From Alphaproteobacteria bacterium (GTDB taxonomy: Bacteria > Pseudomonadota > Alphaproteobacteria > CALKHQ01): 64,000 nt of DNA. The stretch spans positions 1,632,001-1,696,000 of the forward strand of contig CBDDFZ010000001.1 in the NCBI GenBank assembly GCA_965227515.1, in the 5' to 3' direction. Position 1 is the first letter of the stretch. Each line of letters begins with the position of its first letter. The notes beneath the pieces are model-generated. The model ran no database searches. It was not told the origin of the DNA and saw only the letters and a program-made list of their open reading frames with translations. A program made the position numbers and the translations under genes. Positions 27,633-37,439 of this stretch are shown here, in pieces.

Positions 27633-28414
27633 CGATAACCCTCTTCACCGGCGGCGTGCAGCTTGAGGCCCTTTTCGGTCAGCGGCTCCAGCGCCTGCTC
27701 GGTCGGCACGTTCGGGGCCGCCTCGATGTCGGTCCACGCGGTGGCGGGGTTGTAGGCCCAGCGGACCGCGTTGCGCAGCACCTGCTGGATCTGCGCATCG
27801 TGATAGATCGGATAGGTCTCGTGGCCGGGGCTGAAATAGAACACGCGCCCGCCGCCGCGCTGCCAGGTCATGCCGGAGCGGAAGACCTCGCCGCCCTCGT
27901 ACCAGGAGACGAACACGGTCTCCATCGGCTCCGGCACGTTGAACGGCTCGCCATACATCTCGGTGTTGGCGATCTCCAGCCGCTCGCCGATGCCCTGCAC
28001 TATGGGGTGGTTGCGGTTGATCACCCACGCCCGCTCGCGCTCGCCCGCCTCGCGCCATTTCAGCGAGCAGGGGCTGCCCATCAGGGTCTTGAAGATCTTC
28101 GAGAAGTGGCCGGAGTGCAGCACGATCAGGCCCATGCCCTGCCACACCCGGCGCCGCACCCGCTCGACCACCGCGTCGTCCACGGCGCCATGCGCCTTGT
28201 GGCCCCACCAAAGTAGCACGTCGATGTCGGCCAGCCGCGCCTCGTTCAGCCCGTGCTCCGGCTCCTGCAAGGTGGCGGTGCCGGCGGCGATGCCGCTGTC
28301 CTGCGCCAGGGCCGCGGCGATGCAGCCGTGGATGCCGTCGGGGTAGATCGCGGCGACGTCGGCGTTTTCCTGTTCGTGGACGTTCTCGTTCCAGACGACG
28401 GCACGGATGGCCAT
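27629..28414 (-). CDS. thuA: trehalose utilization protein ThuA
   Basis: [28 protein letters not shown] and PGHETYP motifs. Confidence 0.9.
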   Translation of the reverse strand: MAIRAVVWNENVHEQENADVAAIYPDGIHGCIAAALAQDSGIAAGTATLQEPEHGLNEARLADIDVLLWWGHKAHGAVDDAVVERVRRRVWQGMGLIVLHSGHFSKIFKTLMGSPCSLKWREAGERERAWVINRNHPIVQGIGERLEIANTEMYGEPFNVPEPMETVFVSWYEGGEVFRSGMTWQRGGGRVFYFSPGHETYPIYHDAQIQQVLRNAVRWAYNPATAWTDIEAAPNVPTEQALEPLTEKGLKLHAAGEEGYR

Positions 28415-28494
28415 GGCGGTTCACCTTTTCGGTTTGCAGCCGCGGGCGGCCCGGTGCGGCGCGCGAGGCTGCTAATTGGCGGCAGTCAAATGGG

Positions 28495-29925
28495 CTAAAT
28501 TGTGCGGTGTGTCGCCGGGCCTTCCCGCATCGCAAACCCAAGCGGCCGGCAGATGATCCAGATGGCCAGCAACACGATGGCGGGTATTGCCATATTGAAC
28601 TCGACCACACAATGGGTTGCCAGTTGCGCCAGCACGGCCAACGCCACGACATGGCCGTCGCGGCTGCCTGGTGGGCTGGCGCGCAGGCTACGAACGATCG
28701 CCACTGCCAGCATCGCCACCATGGCCAGGAACGCGACCAGTGCCACGATGCCGGCCTCCATGGCGATTTCCAGGTAGTCGCTGTGGGCGAAACGAAAGAT
28801 GCGACCGATGCCCTCCGGCCGATAGGCATGGAACGCCTCTTCGAACCCGCCGAACCCGACGCCGAGCCACAAATGGTCGCGAATGGCATCCAGCACCGGG
28901 CCGTAGATCTCCCAGCGCCCGCTTTCCAGTCCCTCGGTTTCGAAGCGCGCGAAGAACACGCCGTAGCCGAGCAGCGCAATGGCGCCGACGATGGCGAACC
29001 CTGTGCCGAGCGCGACCCAACGCCGTTTCGCGCTGGCGTGGCCGTCGCCCCTTGATCCCAGCGTCAGCAGCGCGAAGACGACCACGCCGACCGCGATACT
29101 GCCGAGCGCGGCGCGCGACTGCGCCAGCGCGATGCAGACGATCAAGAGCCCGATGGCGGCCAGCAGCATGAACCGATAGCCGTCCAGATTGTCGGCCAGG
29201 GTCAGCAGCCGGGTTCGCCAGGTCGGCCGTCGGCGGGAGATTGGCGCACGGGGCGCATTGGCGATGCTGCGGGTGAACTCCCCCAGCACCGCGAACAGCA
29301 GGATGCCGAAGAAGGCGCCGGCATGGTTGCGGTTGAAGAAGAACCCGGTCAGGTCCTGGTGCACCCAGTTTTCCAGCCACAACACCTGGCCGGGCAGGGC
29401 GAAATGCCAGACCAGCGCCAGCGTTGCGTGGACCAGGGCGGCGAATACCAGCGCGCGGGTGATCATGCGTGTGGCGCGCCGGCTCATCGCCACCCGAATG
29501 CAGACCAGCGCCCAGGCGCCATAGGCGGCAAACCCGATAGCGCGCGCGAAGGTCTTGTCCGGTTGCACCGAGATGTAGCCGTCAGACCCGCCGCCGATGG
29601 TCGCCAGCAGGTCCCAGGCCTCGTGGCGCAGCGGGCTTGCGCCGATATTCACGGTCTGCACGAAGAAGAAAGTCAGCAGCAGCGTGAACAGCGTCGCGGG
29701 TAGCCAGAACCGGGCCAGTATCGCCGTGGCGACGCTGTCGCGCGACACCACGCCTGCCGCCAGCAGCGGCGCCGAGGCTGTCAGCGTCACCGCGTTGACG
29801 ACACCACGGGCCCATTCCGGATAGGCGCCAAGGGCCGCCGGCGCCAGCACGACGACCGCGATGACCAGGACGCCGAGCAGCCTGATGCGGCCCGGCACAT
29901 GAATGTCGCTGGCGGCTTGGCTCAC
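28495..29925 (-). CDS. O-antigen ligase family membrane protein
   Basis: GFFFNRNH, QSRAA, GVGFGGF and AHSDYLE..EAG motifs. Confidence 0.85.
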   Translation of the reverse strand: MSQAASDIHVPGRIRLLGVLVIAVVVLAPAALGAYPEWARGVVNAVTLTASAPLLAAGVVSRDSVATAILARFWLPATLFTLLLTFFFVQTVNIGASPLRHEAWDLLATIGGGSDGYISVQPDKTFARAIGFAAYGAWALVCIRVAMSRRATRMITRALVFAALVHATLALVWHFALPGQVLWLENWVHQDLTGFFFNRNHAGAFFGILLFAVLGEFTRSIANAPRAPISRRRPTWRTRLLTLADNLDGYRFMLLAAIGLLIVCIALAQSRAALGSIAVGVVVFALLTLGSRGDGHASAKRRWVALGTGFAIVGAIALLGYGVFFARFETEGLESGRWEIYGPVLDAIRDHLWLGVGFGGFEEAFHAYRPEGIGRIFRFAHSDYLEIAMEAGIVALVAFLAMVAMLAVAIVRSLRASPPGSRDGHVVALAVLAQLATHCVVEFNMAIPAIVLLAIWIICRPLGFAMREGPATHRTI

Positions 29926-30197
29926 TGTGGCGGTTCCTGCCTATGCCCGTTCCGCAGGGGGATGCGGTGTGGTGTGACCAATAGTCGGATCGTTGCGGGC
30001 GATCAAATACGGCATGGGCCGGACCGGCTGGCGGACCGCATTTCGATGTCACAGTGACGTGAAGCCTGGACCCTTTGGCGCGTGCAAGCGGGCTTTAAAG
30101 CGGCGCATTCCTGGGTCTTTCCGCCCTTCAAGAAATATTTGGCGTGCGCCATCGGTCGTCCGCAAAGCAATGTTCAAAATTACTGATAATAATTCCT

Positions 30198-30222
30198 GGA
30201 ACCGATGCAAGTCATTGTCGTT
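30198..30222 (+). promoter_or_regulatory. EcfG (ECF15, general stress) promoter motif
   Basis: GGAAC-N16-CGTT about 80 bp upstream of the fasciclin gene. Confidence 0.6.
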
Positions 30223-30303
30223 GGGCTGGCAGCGATTTGGAAGTCGTCGCGGACGACACCCAGCGCAGTGTTACGGCTCATTCATGAAGAAAGAGGCACG
30301 ACA

Positions 30304-31068
30304 ATGATGTTCCCGCATACCGCTTGCATCCGTTCCATCGCCCTGGCCACGACCATGATGGTTGGTGCGGCCGGCATTTCCGGCCTGGCGCAAGCCCAGG
30401 ACGAGAACCAGGACGAGCCCGGCGCCCAGGCCGGCGAGGACCAGCCCGGCACGGTGCAGAACGAGGCTGAGGTTAACGACAACGAGGAAACCTCGCGCGA
30501 CGACGATACCACCGCGCAACAGGAAGACATGGTGGAGTTGGACGTCACGATCGACATCGACGGCACGGTGACCGAGGATGGCGCCATTATCATCGGCGGC
30601 GCGCCGATGTATCCGGACCGCACCATCGTGGTCAACGCGTCGACCGCCGAAAACCTCTCTACCCTGGTCAGCGCCGTTCAGGCGGCGGAACTGGAGGCCA
30701 CGCTGGAGAGCGAGGGGCCGTTCACCGTCTTCGCGCCGACCAACGACGCCTTCGCCATGGTGCCGGAGGATGACCTGAATGCGCTGATGGAGCCCGACAT
30801 GCAGGCCCAACTGGCCCATGTCCTGACCTATCACGTGGTGTCCGGCAACTACACCGCCGCCGACCTGATGGCGCGGGCCCAGGCGACCGACGGCTCGGCG
30901 GAACTGGATACCGTTTCGGGCGATACCCTGACGCTCAGCCTCAACGCCGAGGGCGAGTTGGTCGTCAGCGACGAGATGGGCAATGCGGCCGTGGTGCAGA
31001 ACGCCGACGTCACCCAGTCCAACGGTGTCGTCCATGTGGTCGACCATGTGCTGATGCCGCAGATGTAG
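30304..31068 (+). CDS. secreted fasciclin (FAS1) domain protein with acidic linker
   Basis: Signal peptide; GPFTVFAPTNDAF, LTYHVV and SNGVVHVVDHVL motifs. Confidence 0.9.
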   Translation: MMFPHTACIRSIALATTMMVGAAGISGLAQAQDENQDEPGAQAGEDQPGTVQNEAEVNDNEETSRDDDTTAQQEDMVELDVTIDIDGTVTEDGAIIIGGAPMYPDRTIVVNASTAENLSTLVSAVQAAELEATLESEGPFTVFAPTNDAFAMVPEDDLNALMEPDMQAQLAHVLTYHVVSGNYTAADLMARAQATDGSAELDTVSGDTLTLSLNAEGELVVSDEMGNAAVVQNADVTQSNGVVHVVDHVLMPQM

Positions 31069-31109
31069 CGGTGTCGCGGCCGGCCGGTCAGGGCGGCCGA
31101 TCGGGCGCG

Positions 31110-31134
31110 GGGCGGCTCCTTTCCGGGGCCGCCC
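31110..31134. terminator. GC-rich hairpin between convergent genes
   Basis: GGGCGGCTCC-tttcc-GGGGCCGCCC; no strong U tract. Confidence 0.45.
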
Positions 31135-31152
31135 TACGCATGTGTGCCAGCG

Positions 31153-31608
31153 TCAGCGGCGCGACGCGAAGAAGCCTTTCAACATCTCGGCGCAGGCTGT
31201 CTCGTGGACGCCGCCGATGACCTCGGGCCGGTGATGGCAGGTTGGCTGGTCGAACACACGCGCGCCATGGTCGACACCGCCGCCCTTCGGATCGTAAGCG
31301 CCGAACACCAGCGTCCCCAGCCGCGCCAGCGAGATCGCCTGGGCGCACATGGCGCACGGCTCCAGCGTCACCACCAGCGCGCAGGTTGCCAGATGCTTGT
31401 CGCCGACGAATTGCGCCGCCGCGCGGATCGCCAGCATCTCGGCATGGGCGGTCGGGTCGCGGTCGCGTTCCACCCGGTTGCCGGCGGTGGCGACGATGGC
31501 ATGGGACGCGATATCGACGATCACCGCGCCGACGGGCACGTCGCCGGCCGCGCCGGCGGCCCGCGCGGCCTCCAGCGCCCGGTTCATGGTCGGTTGCCAA
31601 TCTGTCAT
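31153..31608 (-). CDS. tadA: tRNA adenosine deaminase / nucleoside deaminase
   Basis: VPVGAV, DPTAHAEM and TLEPCAMC motifs. Confidence 0.9.
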   Translation of the reverse strand: MTDWQPTMNRALEAARAAGAAGDVPVGAVIVDIASHAIVATAGNRVERDRDPTAHAEMLAIRAAAQFVGDKHLATCALVVTLEPCAMCAQAISLARLGTLVFGAYDPKGGGVDHGARVFDQPTCHHRPEVIGGVHETACAEMLKGFFASRR

Positions 31609-31770
31609 CGCCGCCCGCGCCTTGTGGGCGCCATTTCATCGGTCACAATTGCTTGGCCCATAGCGGGGCGGTATCGCACGACGGCGCGATAGATGCTATG
31701 CGCCACCTGACGCCGCCGCGGCGTCCGCCAGATTCGGAAACCACCGCGGCCGCGCATGAGGAGAGCAGTC

Positions 31771-33078
31771 ATGAAGTTCGGTCTCGGCCATTTTCGCCGG
31801 CAAACGCTGGCCTCGGTCTCCGCGTTGGTGGCCGCCGGTGCGCTGTCGACCGCGTGCCAGTCGTCGGAGCCCTCCTCCCAGCCGACGATCAGCGAGGGGA
31901 GCGTGCCGGTGACGTCAGGCGATGAGGCGGCACCCGCCGTCCAGACGCTCAGCTTCGAGGAGTGGCTTGCCCAGTTCCAGGCCCAGGCGCTCAACCGCGG
32001 CATCTCGCAGGCGACCCTGGATGCCGCCTTCGCCGGCGTGGCGCCGAACCAGCGCATCATCGAGCTCGATTCCGACCAGCCCGAGTTCTCCCGCCAGATC
32101 TGGGAGTATCTGGACAGCGCGGTCAGCGCGACCCGCATTTCCAACGGCCAGACCAAGTTCGCCGAGAACCGCGCCGCGCTGGATCAGATCTCCGCCCAGT
32201 TCGGCGTGCCGCCGCAGGTGCTGGTCGCCATCTGGGGCATCGAAAGCGGGTTCGGGGCCAATTTCGGCTCGTTCCGGGTCGTGGAGTCGCTCGCGACCCT
32301 GGCCTATGACAGCCGCCGCACCGACTTCGGCGAGGAACAACTGATGGCGGCGTTGCAGATCCTGGAGGCCGGCGACATCGAGCCCGGCAACATGCTGGGC
32401 TCCTGGGCCGGCGCCATGGGCCACACCCAGTTCATCCCCACCGCGTTCCTGCGCTATGCGGTCGATTTCGACCTCGACGGGCGGCGCGATATCTGGGGCT
32501 CGATCCCCGATGCGCTGGCGTCCACCGCCAGCCATCTCGCGACCAATGGCTGGGTGCGCGGCGAGACCTGGGGCCGCGAAGTGCGGCTGCCCGACGGCTT
32601 CGACTGGGCGCTGGCGGACGGCGAGGGGCGCCGGACGCTGGCCGACTGGTCGACGCTGGGCGTGATGGCCGCCGACGGCACGCCGCTGCCGGCAAGCGGC
32701 ACCCAGGCGGCGCTGATCGTGCCCGCCGGCCATCGCGGACCCGGGTTCCTGATCTATGAGAACTTCCAGGTGATCAAGGCCTACAACAACGCGACGGCCT
32801 ATGCCCTGGCGGTAGCGCATCTGGCCGACCGCATTGCCGGCGGCGGGCCGTTCGTCGGCGCCTGGCCGCGCGACGTGGCCGCCCTCAGCCGGCAGGAACG
32901 CTTCGATCTGCAAACCCTGCTGACCGCCCAGGGCTACGACCCCGGTACGGTCGACGGCATCATCGGCCCGAACACGCGTTCGGCCCTGCGCGCGTTCCAG
33001 GCGGCGCAGGGTGTGCCGGCAGACGGCTTTCCGACGCAGGAGATGCTGGCGCTGCTGCGCGCCGCGAACGAGAGCTAG
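31771..33078 (+). CDS. lytic murein transglycosylase (MltB/SLT_2 family) lipoprotein with C-terminal PG-binding domain
   Basis: Lipobox-like LSTAC; WGIES, GSWAGAMGHTQFIP and DGIIGPNT motifs. Confidence 0.9.
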   Translation: MKFGLGHFRRQTLASVSALVAAGALSTACQSSEPSSQPTISEGSVPVTSGDEAAPAVQTLSFEEWLAQFQAQALNRGISQATLDAAFAGVAPNQRIIELDSDQPEFSRQIWEYLDSAVSATRISNGQTKFAENRAALDQISAQFGVPPQVLVAIWGIESGFGANFGSFRVVESLATLAYDSRRTDFGEEQLMAALQILEAGDIEPGNMLGSWAGAMGHTQFIPTAFLRYAVDFDLDGRRDIWGSIPDALASTASHLATNGWVRGETWGREVRLPDGFDWALADGEGRRTLADWSTLGVMAADGTPLPASGTQAALIVPAGHRGPGFLIYENFQVIKAYNNATAYALAVAHLADRIAGGGPFVGAWPRDVAALSRQERFDLQTLLTAQGYDPGTVDGIIGPNTRSALRAFQAAQGVPADGFPTQEMLALLRAANES

Positions 33079-33111
33079 GAATGCCCGGCGGTGAAGTCGC
33101 CGCCGCTTAGC

Positions 33112-33330
33112 TTACTTATACCGGAACGTGATCCGACCTTTGGTCAGGTCATAGGGCGTCATCTCGACATCCACGGTGTCGCCGGGCATGACGCGGATGC
33201 GGAATTTGCGCATCTTGCCGGCGGTGTGGGCGATGATCTCGTGGTCGTTTTCCAGGCGGACGCGAAACATCGCGTTGGGCAGCTTTTCGACCACCGTGCC
33301 CTTGAATTCGATCAGTTCTTCCTTCGACAT
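33112..33330 (-). CDS. infA: translation initiation factor IF-1
   Basis: [41 protein letters not shown]. Confidence 0.97.
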   Translation of the reverse strand: MSKEELIEFKGTVVEKLPNAMFRVRLENDHEIIAHTAGKMRKFRIRVMPGDTVDVEMTPYDLTKGRITFRYK

Positions 33331-33516
33331 ACGTGATTCCAAGTCGTTTCAGGGGACCGGCCCATCGGGGCCGTGGTGCGCACACGGCGGCGTGCGCGTC
33401 CAGCGCCAACTTCCTTCCGGATCATGTAGAGATGAACGCCCGTCGTCTCGGGCCGTGTCGTACACCATTCGTGCACATAGGGCAAATCCGGCCGATTCCA
33501 ACACTGGATATATAGA

Positions 33517-34341
33517 TTACTCGCCGACCACTGACCAAACGGCATCGGCGAAGTCGTGGGACAGGATCGCGAATCCGTGCTGGCCCTCCGGCGCATGGTA
33601 GGTGCCCAGATGAAGTGCCGCGATGCCGAACGTGTCGCCGAAGCGCATCAGGATCGGCGATCCGCTGTCGCCTTCGATTGCGTCGCAGGCGTGCAGCAGC
33701 AGCGGGTCGCCACCGGCCAGCCCGACCACCTCGCAGCCGTCGTGCACCGACAGCACGTACTGCCGGTCGCTGCTGTAGCCGGCCTGGACGATGGAGCCGC
33801 CGTCCAGCGCCGTCACCAGTTCGTCGAAGCCCATCGGCCAGATCGGCAGCGGCTCGACCGGCATGGTCTCGTTGAGCACGATCACCGCCCAGTCGTTCAT
33901 CAGGCTGACGCCCTGGGTTGACGAGGCCGCCTGATAGCCGGGCGAGACCTGGTAGCGCAGCGCGGTGGAGTGCGCGATGAACTCGCCGCGCTGGAACCCG
34001 ACGACAAAATGCACCGCCGCCGGCACCAGCCAGCGCCCATAGGCGTCGTCGAACAGGCAGTGGGCGGCGGTCAGCACGTGCTGCGGGCCGATCAGCACGC
34101 CGGTGCAATAGCTGCGGCCGGCGTAGTTGACCCTGCCAATCGCCGACCAGGGCCAGGTGCGCGCGTCCACCGTCACCCGGTCGTCGTCCTCGATCACCTG
34201 CACGGACTGGGCCATCGCCGGGCCGGCCATCGTCACCCCGGAGACTGCCAGCAGCGCGCCCATCCACAGGCTTGGCACACGGCGGAAGCGCCGTGCTAAA
34301 ACGCAGCAAAACGACCTGAGGGAACACTTCGATGGGGACAT
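33517..34341 (-). CDS. secreted trypsin-like (V8-type) serine protease (start uncertain)
   Basis: CTGVLI..VLTAAHC, DWAV and GDSGSP triad motifs in the distal part of ORF 33517-35697. Confidence 0.85.
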   Translation of the reverse strand: MSPSKCSLRSFCCVLARRFRRVPSLWMGALLAVSGVTMAGPAMAQSVQVIEDDDRVTVDARTWPWSAIGRVNYAGRSYCTGVLIGPQHVLTAAHCLFDDAYGRWLVPAAVHFVVGFQRGEFIAHSTALRYQVSPGYQAASSTQGVSLMNDWAVIVLNETMPVEPLPIWPMGFDELVTALDGGSIVQAGYSSDRQYVLSVHDGCEVVGLAGGDPLLLHACDAIEGDSGSPILMRFGDTFGIAALHLGTYHAPEGQHGFAILSHDFADAVWSVVGE

Positions 34342-34470
34342 GTCATCACCGGTTGCGTGCTGGGGGCAGTGGGGCACCGGCCGCCCATCCGGCGGTTGCC
34401 GAACGCGTTTATACGCTGCCCGGCGCGACCGATGAAGGGGCAGGCGCGTCATCTGTCGCGCGGGCAACCG

Positions 34471-35739
34471 ATGGCCGGTGACGCCTATCGCCCGCTGGAC
34501 GAGGCGGGCCTGCGCGACGTGCTGGGCGCGGTGCCGGCGGTGGCGGATCGGCTGGGTGGAACGCCGGCCGACTGGACCATCGACGAGGTCGGCGACGGCA
34601 ATCTGAACCTGGTCTATCTGCTGCGCGGTCCGGATGGCGGGCTGTGCGCCAAGCAGGCGCTGCCCTATGTGCGCGCGGCCGGGGAGAGCTGGCCGCTGAA
34701 GCCGATCCGCGCGTGGTTCGAGCATCAGTGCCTCATCGCCCACGGCCCGTTGGTGCCGGGGCGGATGCCGCGCGTCCACCACTACGATGCCGACCTCTAC
34801 CTGATCGTCATGGACCTGTTGTCGCCGCACATCATCATGCGCCGTGGCATGATCGACGCGGTGCGCTACCCGGCATTCGCGGGTCACATCGCCGACTACA
34901 TGGCGCGCACGCTGTTCATGACCTCCGATCTGGCGCTGCCGGCCGCCGACAAGAAGGCCCGGATCGCCGCGTTCTGCGGCAACACCGAGCTCTGCAAGAT
35001 CAGCGAGGACCTGATCTTCACCGACCCCTACATGGTGTGCGACCGCAACCGCTGGACCGCCCCGCAGCTCGACGAGACCGCCGCCGCGTTCCGCGAGGAT
35101 GTGGAACTGAAGACCGTGGTGTCCGGGCTGAAGCTGCGCTTCATGTCCGACGCCCAGGCGCTGCTGCACGGCGACCTGCACACAGGCTCGATCATGGTCA
35201 CCGAGACCGACACCAAGGTGATCGACCCGGAGTTCGCGTTCTACGGGCCGATGGGCTTCGATATCGGCGCGGTGCTGGGCAATTTGCTGCTGAACTATTT
35301 CGCCCAGGACGGGCACGCCACCGACGACAAGCCGCGTGCCGACTACCAGGCGTGGGTGCTGGAGACGGTGCGCAAGGTGTGGACCGGTTTCGCCGGCCGG
35401 TTCGAGAGCCTGTGGGTGACGGCGCGCAGCGGCGATGCGTATCCGCGCGCGCTGTTCGAGGACGCGGGCGACCACGAGGCATCCACCGCCGCGTGCGAGG
35501 ACTACGTGCGCCGGCTCTATGCCGATGCGCTGCAGTTCGGCGCCGCCAAGATGATCCGCCGCATCCTGGGCTTCGCCCACAACATCGATCTGGACTGGAT
35601 CGAGGATGCGAACCTGCGCGCGCTGTGCGAGCGGCGTTGCCTGGCACTGGCGCGGGTGATGATGGTGGAGACCGATGGGTTCCGCAGTATCGGTCATGTC
35701 ACCGAAGCGGCGGAACGGGTGCGCAGGGACGTCGGCTGA
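34471..35739 (+). CDS. mtnK: S-methyl-5-thioribose kinase
   Basis: EVGDGNLNLV, KQALPYVR, HGDLHTGS and IDPEFAFYGP motifs. Confidence 0.95.
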   Translation: MAGDAYRPLDEAGLRDVLGAVPAVADRLGGTPADWTIDEVGDGNLNLVYLLRGPDGGLCAKQALPYVRAAGESWPLKPIRAWFEHQCLIAHGPLVPGRMPRVHHYDADLYLIVMDLLSPHIIMRRGMIDAVRYPAFAGHIADYMARTLFMTSDLALPAADKKARIAAFCGNTELCKISEDLIFTDPYMVCDRNRWTAPQLDETAAAFREDVELKTVVSGLKLRFMSDAQALLHGDLHTGSIMVTETDTKVIDPEFAFYGPMGFDIGAVLGNLLLNYFAQDGHATDDKPRADYQAWVLETVRKVWTGFAGRFESLWVTARSGDAYPRALFEDAGDHEASTAACEDYVRRLYADALQFGAAKMIRRILGFAHNIDLDWIEDANLRALCERRCLALARVMMVETDGFRSIGHVTEAAERVRRDVG

Positions 35740-35789
35740 CGGCCTGGACGTCTTGGCTGGTGCAGACTTCAGCGCGAGCTGATCCCGAT

Positions 35790-35999
35790 CTACACCACTT
35801 TGTTGAGATAGGTGCCGCGCGGGGTGGGGTGATCCGGCGGCTCGTCCGGCAGTTCCGCGATCAGCGGCGGTTCGCCGTCAGGCACGTTGCGGCGTTCGGT
35901 CGTGGCCCGGCGCGCCGGCGCCACACGGCCGACAGGCCCCACCGCCGGCATGATCTGCCGGAGTGACTGGCTCAGCGAGTTGACCGACGGGAGACGCAT
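35790..35999 (-). CDS. small hypothetical protein
   Basis: RBS AAGGAG upstream; low-complexity body ending PRGTYLNKVV. Confidence 0.55.
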   Translation of the reverse strand: MRLPSVNSLSQSLRQIMPAVGPVGRVAPARRATTERRNVPDGEPPLIAELPDEPPDHPTPRGTYLNKVV

Positions 36000-36071
36000 G
36001 CGCGGCTCCTTTTCATTGCCCGGAACGGCCCTGAAACCCAGGGCAGGCTCATTTAGCGTAGGCCGTCTTGG

Positions 36072-36087
36072 TTAGCGTCCGGTTAAC
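36072..36087. promoter_or_regulatory. CtrA-like box in divergent promoter region
   Basis: TTAG-cgtccgg-TTAAC (1 mismatch to TTAA-N7-TTAAC). Confidence 0.5.
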
Positions 36088-36275
36088 GGCGCGCCGGTGC
36101 GAGAGACCGCGCAACATTAACGCCTGCGAAACCGTGATAGTGCACATTCGGCCTTTGTTTGCGGGCGCTGCATCTGTGGCGCGAGACGGGTCGCTGCGAG
36201 CCTGAGGACGGGTTCGCCGGGCCGCGCCACCCGAACGGGCTGAGCGTGCAGGGAGCATGAGGCAAAGCCATCACC

Positions 36276-37439
36276 ATGGCCCAGACCACACAGACATTGC
36301 CGGATATCGACGCGCTGGTCGCGCTGGCGCACCGCAAGGGCACCACTGACCGCCGGGCGCTGGCGCTGCAGATCAATGGCGCCTTCGGGTCGATGGAGGA
36401 GAACCTCTCCGACCGTGAGCGCACCCTGATGCAGGGTATCCTGGAGCAACTGCTGACCAGCATGGAGCGCTCGGTCCGCCGCGAGCTCGCCGAGCAGCTT
36501 GGCACCGATGCAACGGTGCCGCCCCCGCTGGTGCGTTTGCTGGCCAACGATGAGATCGAGATCGCCGGCCCGATCCTGCGTGGCAGCCGAGCGCTGCGCG
36601 ACCCGGACCTGATCCAGGTCATCACCGAGCGCAGCAAGCAACACCAACTGGCCATTTGCGCGCGGGAGAACATCAGCAACGCGGTGTCCGACGCCATCGT
36701 GGCGACCGGCAACCCCGACGTGATCACCGCACTGTTGCATAACAAGAGCGCCAAGATCCGCCATGCGACCCTGGCCTATCTGACCGACCAGGCCCGGTCC
36801 GTGGATCAGTTCCGCGAGCCGCTGGTGCACCGCGACGACCTGCCGGGCGACCTGGCCGAGAAGCTCTACTGGCTGGTGACGGCGGCGCTGCGCAGCTACA
36901 TCGTCGAGCGGTTCAATATCGACTCATCGCGGCTCGACGACGGCATCGAGCGCATCGTCAAGCAGGCCGCCGCCGAAGTGCGCGCCAACCAGGCCAATCC
37001 GACCTTGTCGGAGTCGCTCGCCAACGAGTTGGTGCAGTCCAAGAACTTCAACCCCGAGTTCATGGTCGACGCCCTGAAGAGCGGCGAGGTACCGTTGTTT
37101 GAGGCGATGCTGAAGCAGCAGACCGGCCTGCGCACCCGCCTGGTCCGCCAATTGCTGTTCGACGACGATGGCCATGGCGAGGGTCTGGCGATCATGTGCC
37201 GTGCCATCGGCATGCCCCGCGAGGCCTTTGTCGACATCCTGCACATGGTGCGGCGCGAGCGGCAGCGCACCGGCTCGGAAGCCGTCGCCAGCGACCGCGC
37301 CGCGTTGCTGTTCGACCGCCTGGAGCAGGCTGGCGCCGTTGCGGTGCTGCGCCGTTGGCGGCGAGACCCGCAATATGTCGAGGCCCAAATCGAGCTGTTG
37401 GCCGAAACCCGCGAAGCCGTCTGCAATGTTGCAGCTTGA
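36276..37439 (+). CDS. DUF2336 domain protein
   Basis: VRRELAEQL..LANDEIEIAGPIL..S..L.D.DL..HQLAICAR..LLHN..A pattern. Confidence 0.85.
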   Translation: MAQTTQTLPDIDALVALAHRKGTTDRRALALQINGAFGSMEENLSDRERTLMQGILEQLLTSMERSVRRELAEQLGTDATVPPPLVRLLANDEIEIAGPILRGSRALRDPDLIQVITERSKQHQLAICARENISNAVSDAIVATGNPDVITALLHNKSAKIRHATLAYLTDQARSVDQFREPLVHRDDLPGDLAEKLYWLVTAALRSYIVERFNIDSSRLDDGIERIVKQAAAEVRANQANPTLSESLANELVQSKNFNPEFMVDALKSGEVPLFEAMLKQQTGLRTRLVRQLLFDDDGHGEGLAIMCRAIGMPREAFVDILHMVRRERQRTGSEAVASDRAALLFDRLEQAGAVAVLRRWRRDPQYVEAQIELLAETREAVCNVAA

